A stretch of DNA of 40,546 nt. Source: Priapulus caudatus. Lineage: Eukaryota. Positions 1-12,504 of this stretch are shown here, one piece after another. The stretch covers positions 485,908-526,453 of the forward strand of contig NW_014577077.1 of assembly GCF_000485595.1 (NCBI RefSeq). The letters are read 5' to 3'. The notes under the pieces were generated by a model. It did not search any database. It was not told where the DNA came from and saw only the letters and a list, made by a program, of their open reading frames with translations. Numbering within the stretch: the first letter of the stretch is position 1; every line of letters begins with the position of its first letter. The translations under genes were made by a program, and so were the position numbers.

Positions 1-167
1 AGAGAGAGAGAGAGAGAGAGAGACTGAGAGAGAAAGAGAAAGAGAGAGCGAGAGAGAGAGAGAGAGAGAGAGCAAAGGAGGAGGGGGGGGGTAGCAGCAG
101 GGTCGGTGTGAGCACGACTGTGCGCAGCGCGTGGCAGGTCATCGGACGCTGTTACTGAACGTCTGTG

Positions 168-222
<55 letters not shown>

Positions 223-1103
223 CGTACGGAGCCGCATCACGCGCTCTAGCTGCTCACATCACAGCGCGCGCCGACGATGCTGCAGCAGCACATTCAAAAC
301 TGCAAGCAGCGAGAAATCTAATCCTAATCCCAATCATTCATACGAAAATAGCGAGAATTTATCTAGGGCCGAGCGCGCCCGCGTAGCATCAGCGCTAGCT
401 AATCTTGTTCTGTCGCCGTTGGCTCCGAATTGGTACCAGCAGCGTTCCCTAATGACTATTGACATGCGACCGCTAGAGGCAATTGCTGCGCAGTCACTGG
501 CCGCCGAGACGAACCCCCGCACGTCACCGACTATGTAATGTTGAACGACGATAGCGACGCTAGCGACCATCTCCAGCATCACAAACGCACGGAGCAATTT
601 TACAGTCTCCTTGCCGCGAGGCCGGACACTAGCACTACAGGTTATTTATTCATGTCGATGGCGCGGCCATTCCGGGGCATCGATTGAATTCCCTTTATTC
701 TCACCAGAGGACAGCGTCGGTGTTCGAGTCCATTTATCCAGCCAAAGTTCAAACATCTGTGCATTGCACATGTAAGATGTCCGATAACATTTCCACCGCG
801 GCGCATTCTCACTGAAGGAGAGAGGGGCAACCGATTAAAGAAAGTGACGCCCCTGAACTGCACTTCGCGCTGCCAATTACGCTGCTAATATCAATCATAT
901 TTTAGAAAATCTTCTATAATGAAGGTGCCGGCGTCTAGGCACTCGACTGCGGTTTACTGTAATCGTTGTTAACGATTCACGCACGCACTCATTCTATCGC
1001 GGCGAAACTATATATAGCCCCAAAATTGCTGCGTGTGTAAACTGGTAGTCCTTTCTATCGTTATGATTAATCCCGCACATGCAGTGTGTGTGTGTGTGTG
1101 TGT

Positions 1104-1165
<62 letters not shown>

Positions 1166-1410
1166 CGTGCGTGCTTGTGCGCGGGGCGTGTGTGTGTGTT
1201 AGTTTATGATAAAAATTAAAACCAAACTAATTTCTGACGCCATGCGTGTACATATGAATTTTATGGAATTCGGCCCGAACTAAATAAGGGTTGTCCATCC
1301 AAATCACTCTCTCCTGCTCGTCTGACAAATGTAAATACAATTATAAGATTTATCCGCGAATGACGTACGAGGAAATCTCGTAGAATAGAGGAAATCCACG
1401 ATGATAATGT

Positions 1411-1457
<47 letters not shown>

Positions 1458-1510
1458 TTGTGTGTGTGTGAGAGTGTGCGTGTGTGGATGTGGTGTGAGT
1501 GTGTGTGTGG

Positions 1511-1558
<48 letters not shown>

Positions 1559-1640
1559 GCCGGTGGCAGTGCGTGTGAGTGCGTGTGCGCGCTAGCGTGC
1601 GTGTGTGCGTGCGTGTGTGTGCGTGCGTGCGTGTGTGTGC
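1..1640. repeat. Intronic microsatellites of the channel gene: (AG)n 1-72, (GCAC)n ~168-224, (GT)n ~1084-1199 and ~1408-1640
   Basis: Visible directly. Confidence 0.95.
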
Positions 1641-1705
1641 GCGGGGAGGGCGTAGCGTCGTACTAGGGCTTCACGAATCACCTGCTGACATGTCTGTGTT
1701 TGCAG

Positions 1706-2466
1706 GCTACGGCCAGGCGACGCCTCGCACGATCGGCGGCAAGCTGTTCTGCATGTTCTACGCGCTCGCCGGCATCCCGCTCGGCCTCGTCATGTTCCAG
1801 AGCGTCGGCGAGCGGCTGAACACGTTCTTCGCGTTCGTCATCCGGCACATCAAGAAGGCGCTGAAGATGAAGAACGAGAACGAGGTGTCCGACAAGACGC
1901 TGATCGGCGTCGGCACGACGCTCAGCGGCATGGTGACGTTCGCCGGCGCCGCCGCCTTCTCAAACTTCGAGGAGAACTGGTCGTACTTCGACGCGCTCTA
2001 CTACTGCCTCATCACGGTGACGACGATCGGATTCGGCGACCTCGTCGCGCTGCAGGAGAACCAGGATCTGAACGAGCGGCCCGAGTACGTCGCCTTCAGT
2101 CTGATCTTCATCATCGTCGGCCTGATCGTCGCCGGCGCCTGCATCAACCTCGTCGTGCTCAAGTTCTTCACGCTCAACATGGAGAACCTCGAAGACAAGT
2201 CGGAGGAGCCGAGCCCGTTCGCGCTCGACGGCGACATCGTAGTGACGGCGAACGGACCCATCGACACGGTCGACGACGCGCAGCAGCCGGACAACCTGTC
2301 CGTCTGCTCGTGCTCGTGCTACGGCGAGGGCGGGCTGTTCCGCTCCGGCAAGCGGCCGCCGCAGAAGTACTCGCGCACGAACAAGGAGAACATGTACAAC
2401 TGCACCGAGGACGTCGACGCCTTCATGAAGTGCGAACTGCTGAATCAGAAGCGAGCATCCATATAG
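1706..2466 (+). CDS. KCNK9: Terminal coding exon of a TASK-subfamily two-pore-domain K+ channel (KCNK3/KCNK9/SUP-9-like); upstream exon(s) lie outside the window
   Basis: Acceptor tgtgtttgcAG at 1704-1705 with branch-like ctgac at 1685-1689. The phase-1 intron splits the first Gly of the P1 GYG filter, as is typical of K2P genes. Translation gives (G)YGQATPRTIGGKLFCMFYALAGIPLGLVMFQSVGERLNTF (M2), TVTTIGFGDLVALQ (P2), NLVVLKFFT (M4 end), SVCSCSCY and C-terminal KRASI*. Third positions are very GC-rich. The ORF-track N-terminus (1579-1705) is intronic repeat. The symbol marks the family; 1:1 orthology to KCNK9 versus KCNK3 is not established. Confidence 0.95.
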
Positions 2467-3224
2467 CGATGTAACGGGGAACGTATATAGGATGGGGAGG
2501 GGTGTATAGAGAGGGAAGTATATGGGGAATATAATATATATGGGGAAGTAAGACGGAAATGCGGAGGCGATCCGTGATAGAACACACAACAAACAGGCCG
2601 TTCCTGAAGGGATGAGAGTTGCAACTAACAGTCGTCTCTAGAGGAAGGGGGCAGGAATCCCTGGAGGAAGGGAAGATGAGGAAGGGGACGGCCCATTCCA
2701 CTGGGGAGGGCAGCTTGGGGGAAATCGTAGAACACAAGCATACACTTAAGGGAAATGGGTTCTTAGTGGTGAATATTTGTACATATCGGAACATAATGAA
2801 TGGGTGAACAACAAGTTCAAAACCACTTGACATACTGTTCAGAACGAAACTGAATAGCATTAACTCGAAACAAAGATCCATTGTGGTGACAGTCTCGTTT
2901 TTATTGTACAACCTGTCACGATATACGTCAAATGTTTTCTTTAGAAAGCCAAACCGAATCAACTAATACGATTGAACAATCACTAATATCATTGAAATCC
3001 AGTATGTTGTGATGCCACTATGGTTGTAAATTATTATAATTACTAATATTTCGCCTCGTGCAATACACTGTAGATGCAGCCAATGAAATTAAACTATAGA
3101 TTACCTTTTCGCCATGACGTGTATTTATGTGCGTACGTGCGTGTGTACGTCCGTGCGCATGTGTGTACTCGTGTATGTAACTCTAATGTAATTGTTATAT
3201 TATATATTGTAAAATAAGATTGTA

Positions 3225-3230
3225 AATAAA
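3225..3230 (+). terminator. Candidate polyadenylation signal of the TASK channel gene
   Basis: AATAAA about 760 nt after the stop, in AT-rich sequence with T-rich bases downstream. Other candidates exist (ATTAAA near 3088). Confidence 0.35.
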
Positions 3231-4632
3231 TCTTGACTAATATTGTTTACCATATAATCATGTTTAATCTTTTCACATTATTAGTATGTATCAATATAAG
3301 AGAAATCACAATAACTAATCAATATGTGTGTCCATACCTACCGTTAAGAAAAGAGGAAAATCAAGTAAGTTTAAATACACTAGTAAAATGTCACGCTGAG
3401 TATGGAATATCATTTTCATATCCGATTACACAAAAACGAATTAAACTTAGGAATGACCCCGTAGACGGTAACATTGTCTTTAAAGTAGCACTTACACATA
3501 TCTCCCATCGTCCTAATACTTTACAGTAAAAGTTTGGCCTTCAGATATCACATACGGGAAAACAAACACGAGAAAAATATTTACAGAGCATTTGCAGAGA
3601 TAAACACCGCAGCAGTTTTACTCATCGACGTAACTACGCTGTTAGCGACACGGAGGGCATATACGCACTCTACAGTTAACACCGCCACGCGATGGCAAAC
3701 ACGCCATACTCGAAAATATCTCCACTCTTACCATGACTGATCACAATTCGTCTAAGTGAGTCTGTCGGCAATAAATATGACGAACCGCTGATATACGTCA
3801 CACCAAGATGGTCACACCATTGATATACGTCACCTGATAGAGGCGGTCCCCACGCATAATGGAACAGCAACAATAAAATATCGCGTTAGAAATACAATGC
3901 GATGGAACTTCCTATGACCACCGGCTTAGCATTGATGCACTGCGCGTAAAGAAAAAGAAACGCTATTATTTGCCAATCGATGTATAGACGAATGTTTAAT
4001 TAAATGAGTAATGCGCCTACCCATACACACTCAACAAAATATATACAATATATACATAACGAGTTAAACGCAACCTGCGACGTCTGAAATACTTTCTACA
4101 TAATAGCCACAGCTGCCACAAAATAATGCATGTCCGGCAATTCTTTACACATGAAAAAGCGGTATCACCATTAAACATGTTTCATGGCAGCGCACGTCAG
4201 CACTCTGTTGCTATGGCGACAGCGATGCGCTCCCACACGAGATGCTACACGTTATGCACGGAAAATTAATTCTCCATTCATGCGCATGCAGCGCTAAAAA
4301 CTGTCTGGAGAGACAGTTAGTCAACCTTCTCACACAGGTTTGACAATCCCCGATATAATAGCGCGACGGCGTGTATAGGTAAGCAGAGTAAGCCCGGGGA
4401 TACTACGCCGCGTGTCAATCTCACGTTTGGCGACAGCTTACACACGCATGTGAAATACGCTTGATCGAGAGACCGCACGCCGAATATGCATCAGCGTGGC
4501 GAATAGGCAGTGACGGCAACATTGCTGTACATGTCAGACTCACGCGACAAATAGTGAGTGAACTCATCACAACAGCGCAGCGAAAAGCCGCAAGCCGCGG
4601 TGCTCCCCGTGTTCTCATGCAGCACCTACACA

Positions 4633-4634
<2 letters not shown>

Positions 4635-4718
<84 letters not shown>

Positions 4719-6000
4719 GTATATATATATATATATAATGTATATATATATATATATATATATGTACACGCGTCAGTCACACCGCTGTGTGTTATCGTGT
4801 CAGAGGTAACTATAGCCGGCACGCGTGAGGCGTATAGCGCGCGCCTCTCGGGAGACGAAACCGATGCCCTTCTGTAAATGCGGGTGAGATGCCGCGCGCG
4901 CTGATAACCAGCTAGCTATCCGCCGAACAATAAGAATGCCGAGGAGCTGGCATGCGGCGCGTACCGACAGCCTGGGTCGCATTCCACGGCACCCTAATAA
5001 CCAATATGCGGCCGCAAACAGATGATCACTTATTAGATCTATGACGTCGGCGAACGTAATCTCCCGTGCGCGTGTTTGTGCTGGCGTGGCGCCGACGAGC
5101 ACGCCCCCCGGCGGTCGCGACGCGCCGCAGCAGCGCGCGAGGAAAACCGACCGTTTCGGCGCATTTTGAGTAAGCGCTAAACAATTACGACGATGCGCGG
5201 CGAGGGCAGAATAGACCCCCCGGCAACGCGAAAAACAGATACGCGCGACGGATAAACAACAGTGAGCCGGCAAACGAAATTACTCATCGAAGCCAGCCGG
5301 TAATTTCCCAGGCGAGTCTTCACCGCGACCGTACACTGTACGCTGTTAAGAAAACACAGCTATGCGGTAGCAGCCGAGTTTGTACTGGCATGGACAACAT
5401 CATAAGCGCGCATCGGTGTCACCTCCCGATTTCAAGCCAAAGAGAAGAGTATCTCGTGATGCAAGAGACAGCGTCAGACTGGAATGTACAAGGGCTTCTT
5501 TGACTACTCCGAGGAAGTCCTTTGTTTATAGGTGGCGCACGTTTAAGTGGTCCACGGTCCACCTACAGAGGTCGGATTGATTTCCGAGAGGTCGGGCGAC
5601 TTTCGGCTAGCTGGTAGAAACCCATTCGCTTCTCCCTGCCGCAATCATATTCTTGGGGCTGACTGACTATCTTAGCTGCGGAATTACGAAAAGATGGGAT
5701 TTTACAACTTGGCGCAGCAGCCGTGGCAAGTATGAGCGCGAACGACTGGTCCGTCGCTAACGATGCTATTATGCGCCTGATGAGTATTTCGTCAGTTTTA
5801 AGCCGGGAATGGATTACGCAAAATTACGCCACGCAATCAGTAGCCCCGCGACAAGAGAAGGATCGGAAAATGTGCCATCATCGCGGTCTTCTGAACGTTG
5901 TTTGTGTCACGAACATGGAACATCGAACAACACGTTCAACATTATCGTGCAGCCAAGGAAGCGATGCAAGTCTTGCTGTGCGTGTCTGTGTGTGTCTGTG

Positions 6001-6048
<48 letters not shown>

Positions 6049-6111
6049 GTGTGTGTGTGTGTGTTGTGTGTGTTGTGTGTGTGTGTGTGTGTGTGTGTGG
6101 TGTGGTGGTGT

Positions 6112-6159
<48 letters not shown>

Positions 6160-6899
6160 CGCATATACTGACAGACTGAACTAACTCCATAGAATGAGTG
6201 CATCTGCTGGCATATTACATTCCGAGTTTGAATTGTGAGGTAAATTCCGTGCATGCGGGCGCGCGAGAGTGCGTGTGTATTCCCGACAGTAGGCATGTAC
6301 AGGCAGCCTGCACTACAATGCCGATGACTATCAGGCGCGAGTGTCATGGGAATACAAATGTAAAGAGGAAACTAGTACTGAGTTTACTGTTTTTATTTGC
6401 TGATTTGTATCGCATTTATTTAATATAGACCGATAGTATTTGCTTAAGGGTCTGCGAGAAACAGATCAGCTCATGCACTGAAAATGACACACACACAATA
6501 CCTTCGTATAATGCACTCACGTCGCAACGTGCACACCCTTATATGGCTCCCTGTCGTTTCTCACAACGAGTGTGGTCGAAATGGAACAACTTTTATGAGG
6601 ACTTTGCTGCAGCATTTAGTATATTGACACTCATCTCGGTCTGGAAGACAACTACAGCCACTCTCGCTCTTGCCATAACATCACTCGAGGAGGTTAGAAA
6701 CAGCGGCCGACGAGAGAGAGCGAGAGCAATGCTGGGAGAGAAGGGATAAGAGCTTTTCACTCGAACACAATTAGCACGAGCTTTACATTTCGTCCAGCGA
6801 ACGTACAGACATTCCACTTCAACAGCTCTCGTTATATTCCTGCTGACATGAGAGAGAGAGAGAGAGAGAGAGAAGAGAGAAGAGAGAGAGAGAGAAAGA

Positions 6900-6931
<32 letters not shown>

Positions 6932-6935
6932 AAAG

Positions 6936-6993
<58 letters not shown>
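4635..6993. repeat. Intergenic microsatellites: (AT)n 4635-4762, (CT)n(GT)n ~6005-6156, (AG)n ~6850-6993
   Basis: Visible directly; unique sequence lies between the tracts. Confidence 0.95.
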
Positions 6994-6997
<4 letters not shown>

Positions 6998-8743
6998 TGA
7001 CATGCTGCTCAGACATACACTCGTGTGTCTCCAACCAGCGGCGGTTATAGGGGGAGACTGCTGCCGACCGTGCATCGTGTGTGCGGCGGCAACAACGATG
7101 CACGTCCCGCAAATCTCAACGCTGACAGAGCATTTTTGTAATTGTAGCGCGTTTGATTTCCGTTTAATTTCTTCTCATCTAATAAAATCTCGTTACAGAA
7201 AGATTATTCGATTTCTATTCGATAGGACAGCCGCAAATCGGAAATGGCGCCCACTCTGAAAGATCTTCGCGGGGACATCACACAGACGGATTGGAATGGT
7301 CGTAGATAAATACAGCGCACGCAAACAATTTCGGTGTGAAATACGGCCTGGCTGTCGCAAGACTAACAGTATAATTACATCAACCTACATGTGTGCAGTG
7401 TTTCACTGTCTGCTGGGTATCGGTTATAGACGGAGACAGCATTTTCGACTACTTACGGATGATATTGACACGTAAGAAAATCGACCTGCATTCTAAAGTT
7501 CCTTGGTCAACGAATTCGGCCTCATCGCGAGTGCAAGCATATAATGTCACCATTGCGGTTCCGGTTCCGATTTATCAAAGTTTTGGTTCCACGCGACCTA
7601 TTTTCGGCTTCAGACTAAAATATGCTACTGGCCCTCCAACCTTTACGATAACCCGGTTTTTCCGAAGGTATATGGGACGGGGAGAAAAGCACATTTAGCA
7701 GATCTAGCCGAGTCGTTCGCCTAATGAAGGTGAATGAACCTCCGCAAGAAGTGTCGAGATTGAAATTTAAAAACAGCTCTCCGGAGCACACAGGAAGATC
7801 GAGGCTTAATTTTGATGCGCTTCGATAACATTCACGAGCAGTCGAGCGTGCTGAATCAGTTGCTCGCACCCAGATCCTAGTCTGGCGAGGTTTTCTCCCT
7901 AGTCAAAGGAAACGTCTAGCGCACAAATTACGCACGCGTAACGCTGTAACGCGCCGCAGGTTTTACGCCAAGGCAGGTTTTGCTATGTCTAGCGTGTAGG
8001 TGTCTTAATTCAGTTTGCTGCTATATATAATGAGTTGTTAGCAAGCACAGCCTGTCTGTCAGCCGAGCGACTGACATCGGCGGGTGGGTGTTACACTACA
8101 CACAGGATTCATCCCTTGGGGAGAGGCCTGCAAGAACGCATCCGTCACATCTCCCGCGCTGTGCCCACGCCGAAAACTCGCGCGGTGCACGTGACGCGCA
8201 TTAGGCCTGCGTTTTAAATCAGACTAGTTACAGACGAAAACTGTAACGCAAGCATTCTGCTGCGTGTTCGTGTTGCTAACAGCATGTCGCGCCGCAACGC
8301 GAACGAACTGCTCGAAGACAGACGCGAAATGCGGAGCCAACGAATTCAAAATGTCAACCCAGATTAGCTGCAAATCAGGGCAGGTCCAAAGGCTTCCAGT
8401 CGACTAAGAGCATTAACAAGCGACTAGATAGCTACTAAGACAAACACGTGCCAAGGCGCGTTACTGGCTATCTATACATGCTAGCTATCTAGCTTTAACG
8501 CATGCACGCACGCACGCACACACAATCACAAAGGATTGCACGCACACATGCCTGCCCCGCTCCCCACCGTTCTCTGTCTGTCATTCTCTCTATCTCCCTC
8601 TCTATTTGCCATTCTGCCCTTCTAATATCACCACGTCAAACTGTCAACTAATTGTGATTTCTCAGTTTAATGAACACTTTTATATCACCATGTAATCTCC
8701 AAACCTTACTTCAATATTTGAAACAGAAGCTCTCGTTACAGAA

Positions 8744-8749
8744 TTTATT
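8744..8749 (-). terminator. Candidate polyadenylation signal of TRAPPC9
   Basis: TTTATT on + (AATAAA on -) in an AT-rich patch about 1.5 kb past the stop. An ATTAAA near 8910 is an alternative. Confidence 0.3.
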
Positions 8750-9343
8750 TACATCGTTAATTTATGAGCTTCTCGATTCAACATTTCATTTTTTCGAAAT
8801 GAGACTTATTATCAGGGTGGTACGTACACAAAGCGCGCGCAAGCACACAACCGCAAATAGCTGTGTAGTGACGGTATGAAGTCAGCTAAACAGGAGTCTG
8901 AACCCTCATTTAATAAGCTGCACATTAGAACAAGTGAAGCCTCTTCACTGGCGATTTCTCTAGAAAAGACACTAGTTTCTTGCTGCTAGCTGGCAACATT
9001 TGAGTCATGCGTCTGCCTCCACGGTGAAGCCCTACTATTAAGTATGCATTACTATCTCTGACCCGAACAACGCATCGCCCCGGCGTTCCTAGTGCTTGCG
9101 AAACGAGATGCTAACTGGGTGATTTCCCCTGACATGTACCCAAGCTGCTCGCGAACACAGGAAACACTGACCCGCAAATCTGCGCCACCACGAACTGAGA
9201 GCCCATCCTTCACGACAGCATCGAGTGTGGCCCAGTGACCATCTGAACCATCCACCCCTTCCCCCTCACCGTGGAGTCACACTGTCAACACAACTGCAAT
9301 CCCCACTGCTGCTGTTGCCGCTGATGTCGACATTGCCCTCCAG

Positions 9344-10240
9344 GTCGTCTGAGACACCCCGGCTGTCGCTGCGCTGCTTGAGGCATTGATCAGTCGTCTG
9401 AGACACCCCGGCTGTCGCTGCGCTGCTTGAGGCATTGATCAGTCACCTGAGACACCCCGGCTGTCGCTGTGTTGCTTGAGGCATTGATCAGTCACCTGAG
9501 ACAACCCGGCTGTCGCTGCGCTGCTTGAGGCATTGATCAGTCACTTGAGACACCCCGGCTGTCGCTGCGCTGCTTGAGGCACTGATCTGTTGTCTGAGAC
9601 ACCCTGGCTGTCGCTGCGCTGCTTGAGGCATTGATCAGTCACTTGAGACACCATGGCTGTCGCTGCGCTGCTTGAGGCATTGATCAGTCACCTGAGACAA
9701 CCCGGCTGTGGATGCGCTGCTTGAGGCATTGATCAGTTGTCTGAGACAACCCGGCTGTGGATGCGCTGCTTGAGGCATTGATCAGTCACCTGAGACAACC
9801 CAGCTGTCGCTGTGCTGCTTGAGGCATTGATCAGTCACTTGAGACACCCCGGCTGTCGCTGCGCTGCTTGAGGCATTGATCAGTCACATGAGATACCCCG
9901 GCTGTCGCTGTGCTGCTTGAGGCATTGATCAGTCACCTGAGACACCCCGGCTGTCGCTGTGCTGCTTGAGGCATTGATCTGTTGTCTGAGACGCCCCAGC
10001 TGTGGATGCGCTGCTTGAGGCATTGATCAGTCACCTGAGACAACCCGGCTGTCGCTGTGCTGCTTGAGGCATTGATCTGTTGTCTGAGACAACCCTGCTG
10101 TCGCTGTGCTGCTTGAGGCATTGATCAGTCGTCTGAGACGCCTCGGCTGTCGCTGCGCTGCTTGAGGCATTGATCAGTCACCTGAGACAACCCTGCTGTG
10201 GATGCGCTGCTTGAGGCATTGATCAGTCGTCTGAGACGCC
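9344..10240. repeat. 49-bp minisatellite, 18 full units, overlapping the TRAPPC9 stop codon and 3' UTR
   Basis: Unit GTCGTCTGAGACACCCCGGCTGTCGCTGCGCTGCTTGAGGCATTGATCA. GAGAC anchors at 9351 and 10233 are 882 = 18 x 49 apart. No spacers. Confidence 0.97.
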
Positions 10241-10396
10241 AAGGTCGATAACGGGCGTACATTTCCACGTGTGGATCGTGCTGGGGCTCGTGTCCTCCTG
10301 CACAGTCTTACTGCTGCAGAACACGTCCAGCTTGAACTGACCGCTGCAGAAGAACAGCAGGCTGCACTGATGCTCGAACGTCTCCTTGAGGCAGGC
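10223..10396 (-). CDS. TRAPPC9: TRAPPC9 (Trs120/NIBP, TRAPPII subunit) last coding exon
   Basis: Minus-strand acceptor tgcttgtatctctgcAG|GCC, phase 0. Encodes ACLKETFEHQCSLLFFCSGQFKLDVFCSSKTVQEDTSPSTIHTWKCTPVIDLGVSDD*, resembling the recalled human C-terminus (...GALLFLYTGDFFLHI...WFCLPSVHV...). Phase matches the donor at 23590. Confidence 0.88.
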   Translation of the reverse strand, partial: ACLKETFEHQCSLLFFCSGQFKLDVFCSSKTVQEDTSPSTIHTWKCTPVIDLGVSDD

Positions 10397-10693
10397 CTGC
10401 AGAGATACAAGCACACGATAGCATTAATGCGCAACGTCGATGCTGATAGTGAATTGTTTCGATATCTAGACATTCACTTTACTACTCCACTACACACTCC
10501 TGTTAGAACCCCTGCCAAGTTCCATCTCTCATCATCTCATCCGCTATGCCGCCCCTCTCTCCTGCCCTGCCTCCCTCTCACTTCTCTCGCTCGCTCTCTC
10601 TCTCTCTCCCTCTCTAACTGCATTTTGCATTCTCTACGACACGCACGTCAACGCACGCATGGATGCGCGCGTCTTCTTTATTCAGTTTACTCC

Positions 10694-10747
<54 letters not shown>

Positions 10748-10781
10748 TATTATATATGTGTGTGTAACACTGTGTATATAA

Positions 10782-10816
<35 letters not shown>

Positions 10817-12463
10817 CACATTTATTTATTGATATTATATATTATCAAGAGCATATAAACCATAAACGGTAAGGGTTGGGGTTAGGATAATATCTTGATA
10901 ATATGCATCTATGTACCAGATGGCACACATGTGAAAGCAAAATTAAGTCTCGCCTAATACAGGAGCAGCTGCAACCTGTCAGAGAATCTACTAGCTGACA
11001 GCACGTAATTCAGGCTGTCTCTCTAATGAATAATGTGCGTGATCACACGACGATCCCCACAATATACATTCGATTATGGAAAGATGCTGGTTTTATGGTG
11101 ACAAACTACAGCCACAAGTAACTAATTTGTCTTCATTCTTATTAGAACATTTGAACATTTATATGTATTATATTATTATGTATTTTATGTGATATGCGTT
11201 CACATTAAATCCTCGCTGCCGGTGTGAAATGGCGGCGACTATTTGGCTGGTAGTTGACCAGCCGTGGCCGGTTACCTAATGTCAATGTAAGCTGACCTGA
11301 ATGTAGCCTGCTAATACGAAAATATTGTAATCCCGTATCTCGTTATTATTAGGGAAATAAAACTAGTGCATTTAAGAGTTTCCATCCTGGCTTAAATTCG
11401 ATACGCGTTTAAAGAGTTTAGTTAAATATATTTCCATATTATTAAAAGGGCTCATCAAGATCCATCTTGGGACAATACGTGCTGAATCATATGTAACGAC
11501 AATCATGTAAATAAATAACACTTCAGGGTGATTTGGAATTTTCGAAAAATACAAACATCACGGAAACATTAAAAAAAAACCTGCCACCCAGACATAACAC
11601 TATTTTAATGGATTAACTGCCGAGGAACTGAAATCTCAACCGGCAAAAACTTATTCATTTAACGAGCGACTCTGAAGCTCGCGTAGCATGATTGCTACTG
11701 GGTTGCCTGGCGTCATTTTGGGAAATTAAATAAAAACAGTACAGCTTTACAGTGGCTGAATTTTAAATTGCATTTATATCGATGCCGCACCGAAAACTAT
11801 GCGCATCCATGCTAAAATTTAAACTTTAATATAATTGTTCGAAATCGAAGCATATTAATACAGCATGGTCTAGCGCCGTTAAGTGTTTACTGCACTGTTG
11901 TGTGACGCAAGCGCATCGACCTCTTACGTCATGTACGGGAATTTCTTTGCGGCGTAGTTCGTTGTGTTAAAATCGTTCAGTGTATAGCTCGGCGCTCTCA
12001 TGCTATTGATGTCTGGAGCCTGCGCTTAATAAACAAAAGGCGCATCAACGAATCTATCAGTGAGCACGGTGAATATCTCGCTTCAAGCACGTGACAAATT
12101 GAATTACCTGCTCAGCAACTAGACAAACATTCGCTATAACGTTGGCCCTGAAGATGTTTCCTTCTAAATAGAATCTTTCAAGGTAGACCTTTTTTTAGAA
12201 TATCGTTACTACTCGCTACTACACAGCAGATGAGAGACATGCAATTAACTGCATCATACAGCCATGCTAGTCCACGCCACACAAATACATTTGAAGTCAC
12301 GACTCCCAAGTTTGAAAACACATGAAAAGTGGAAAATACCTCCATTTCCTTCTTCCATTAGAGATTAACTTGGTCACTGGACATCTAAACGCACGCACAC
12401 GCATACCCGTGCACGCGCACACACACTTACACACGGGCACGCACACGCACACTTACACACGTG

Positions 12464-12504
<41 letters not shown>

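Noticed and set aside
1579..1705. N-terminal 42 aa of the 295-aa ORF
   Set aside because: Translated GT/GC microsatellite and intron end upstream of a clear splice acceptor.
1960..2592. 210-aa and 97-aa minus-strand ORFs
   Set aside because: Antisense shadows of the GC3-rich channel exon.
7868..8228. Possible MITE with TAGTCTG...CAGACTA ends
   Set aside because: Inverted match is only about 8 bp and no target-site duplication is present.
9344..10240. 49-bp array as a CRISPR array
   Set aside because: Units are head-to-tail with no unique spacers, there are no cas genes, and the context is eukaryotic.
10271..10858. 195-aa plus-strand ORF with a helical-looking start
   Set aside because: Antisense to the TRAPPC9 last exon and then runs into microsatellites.
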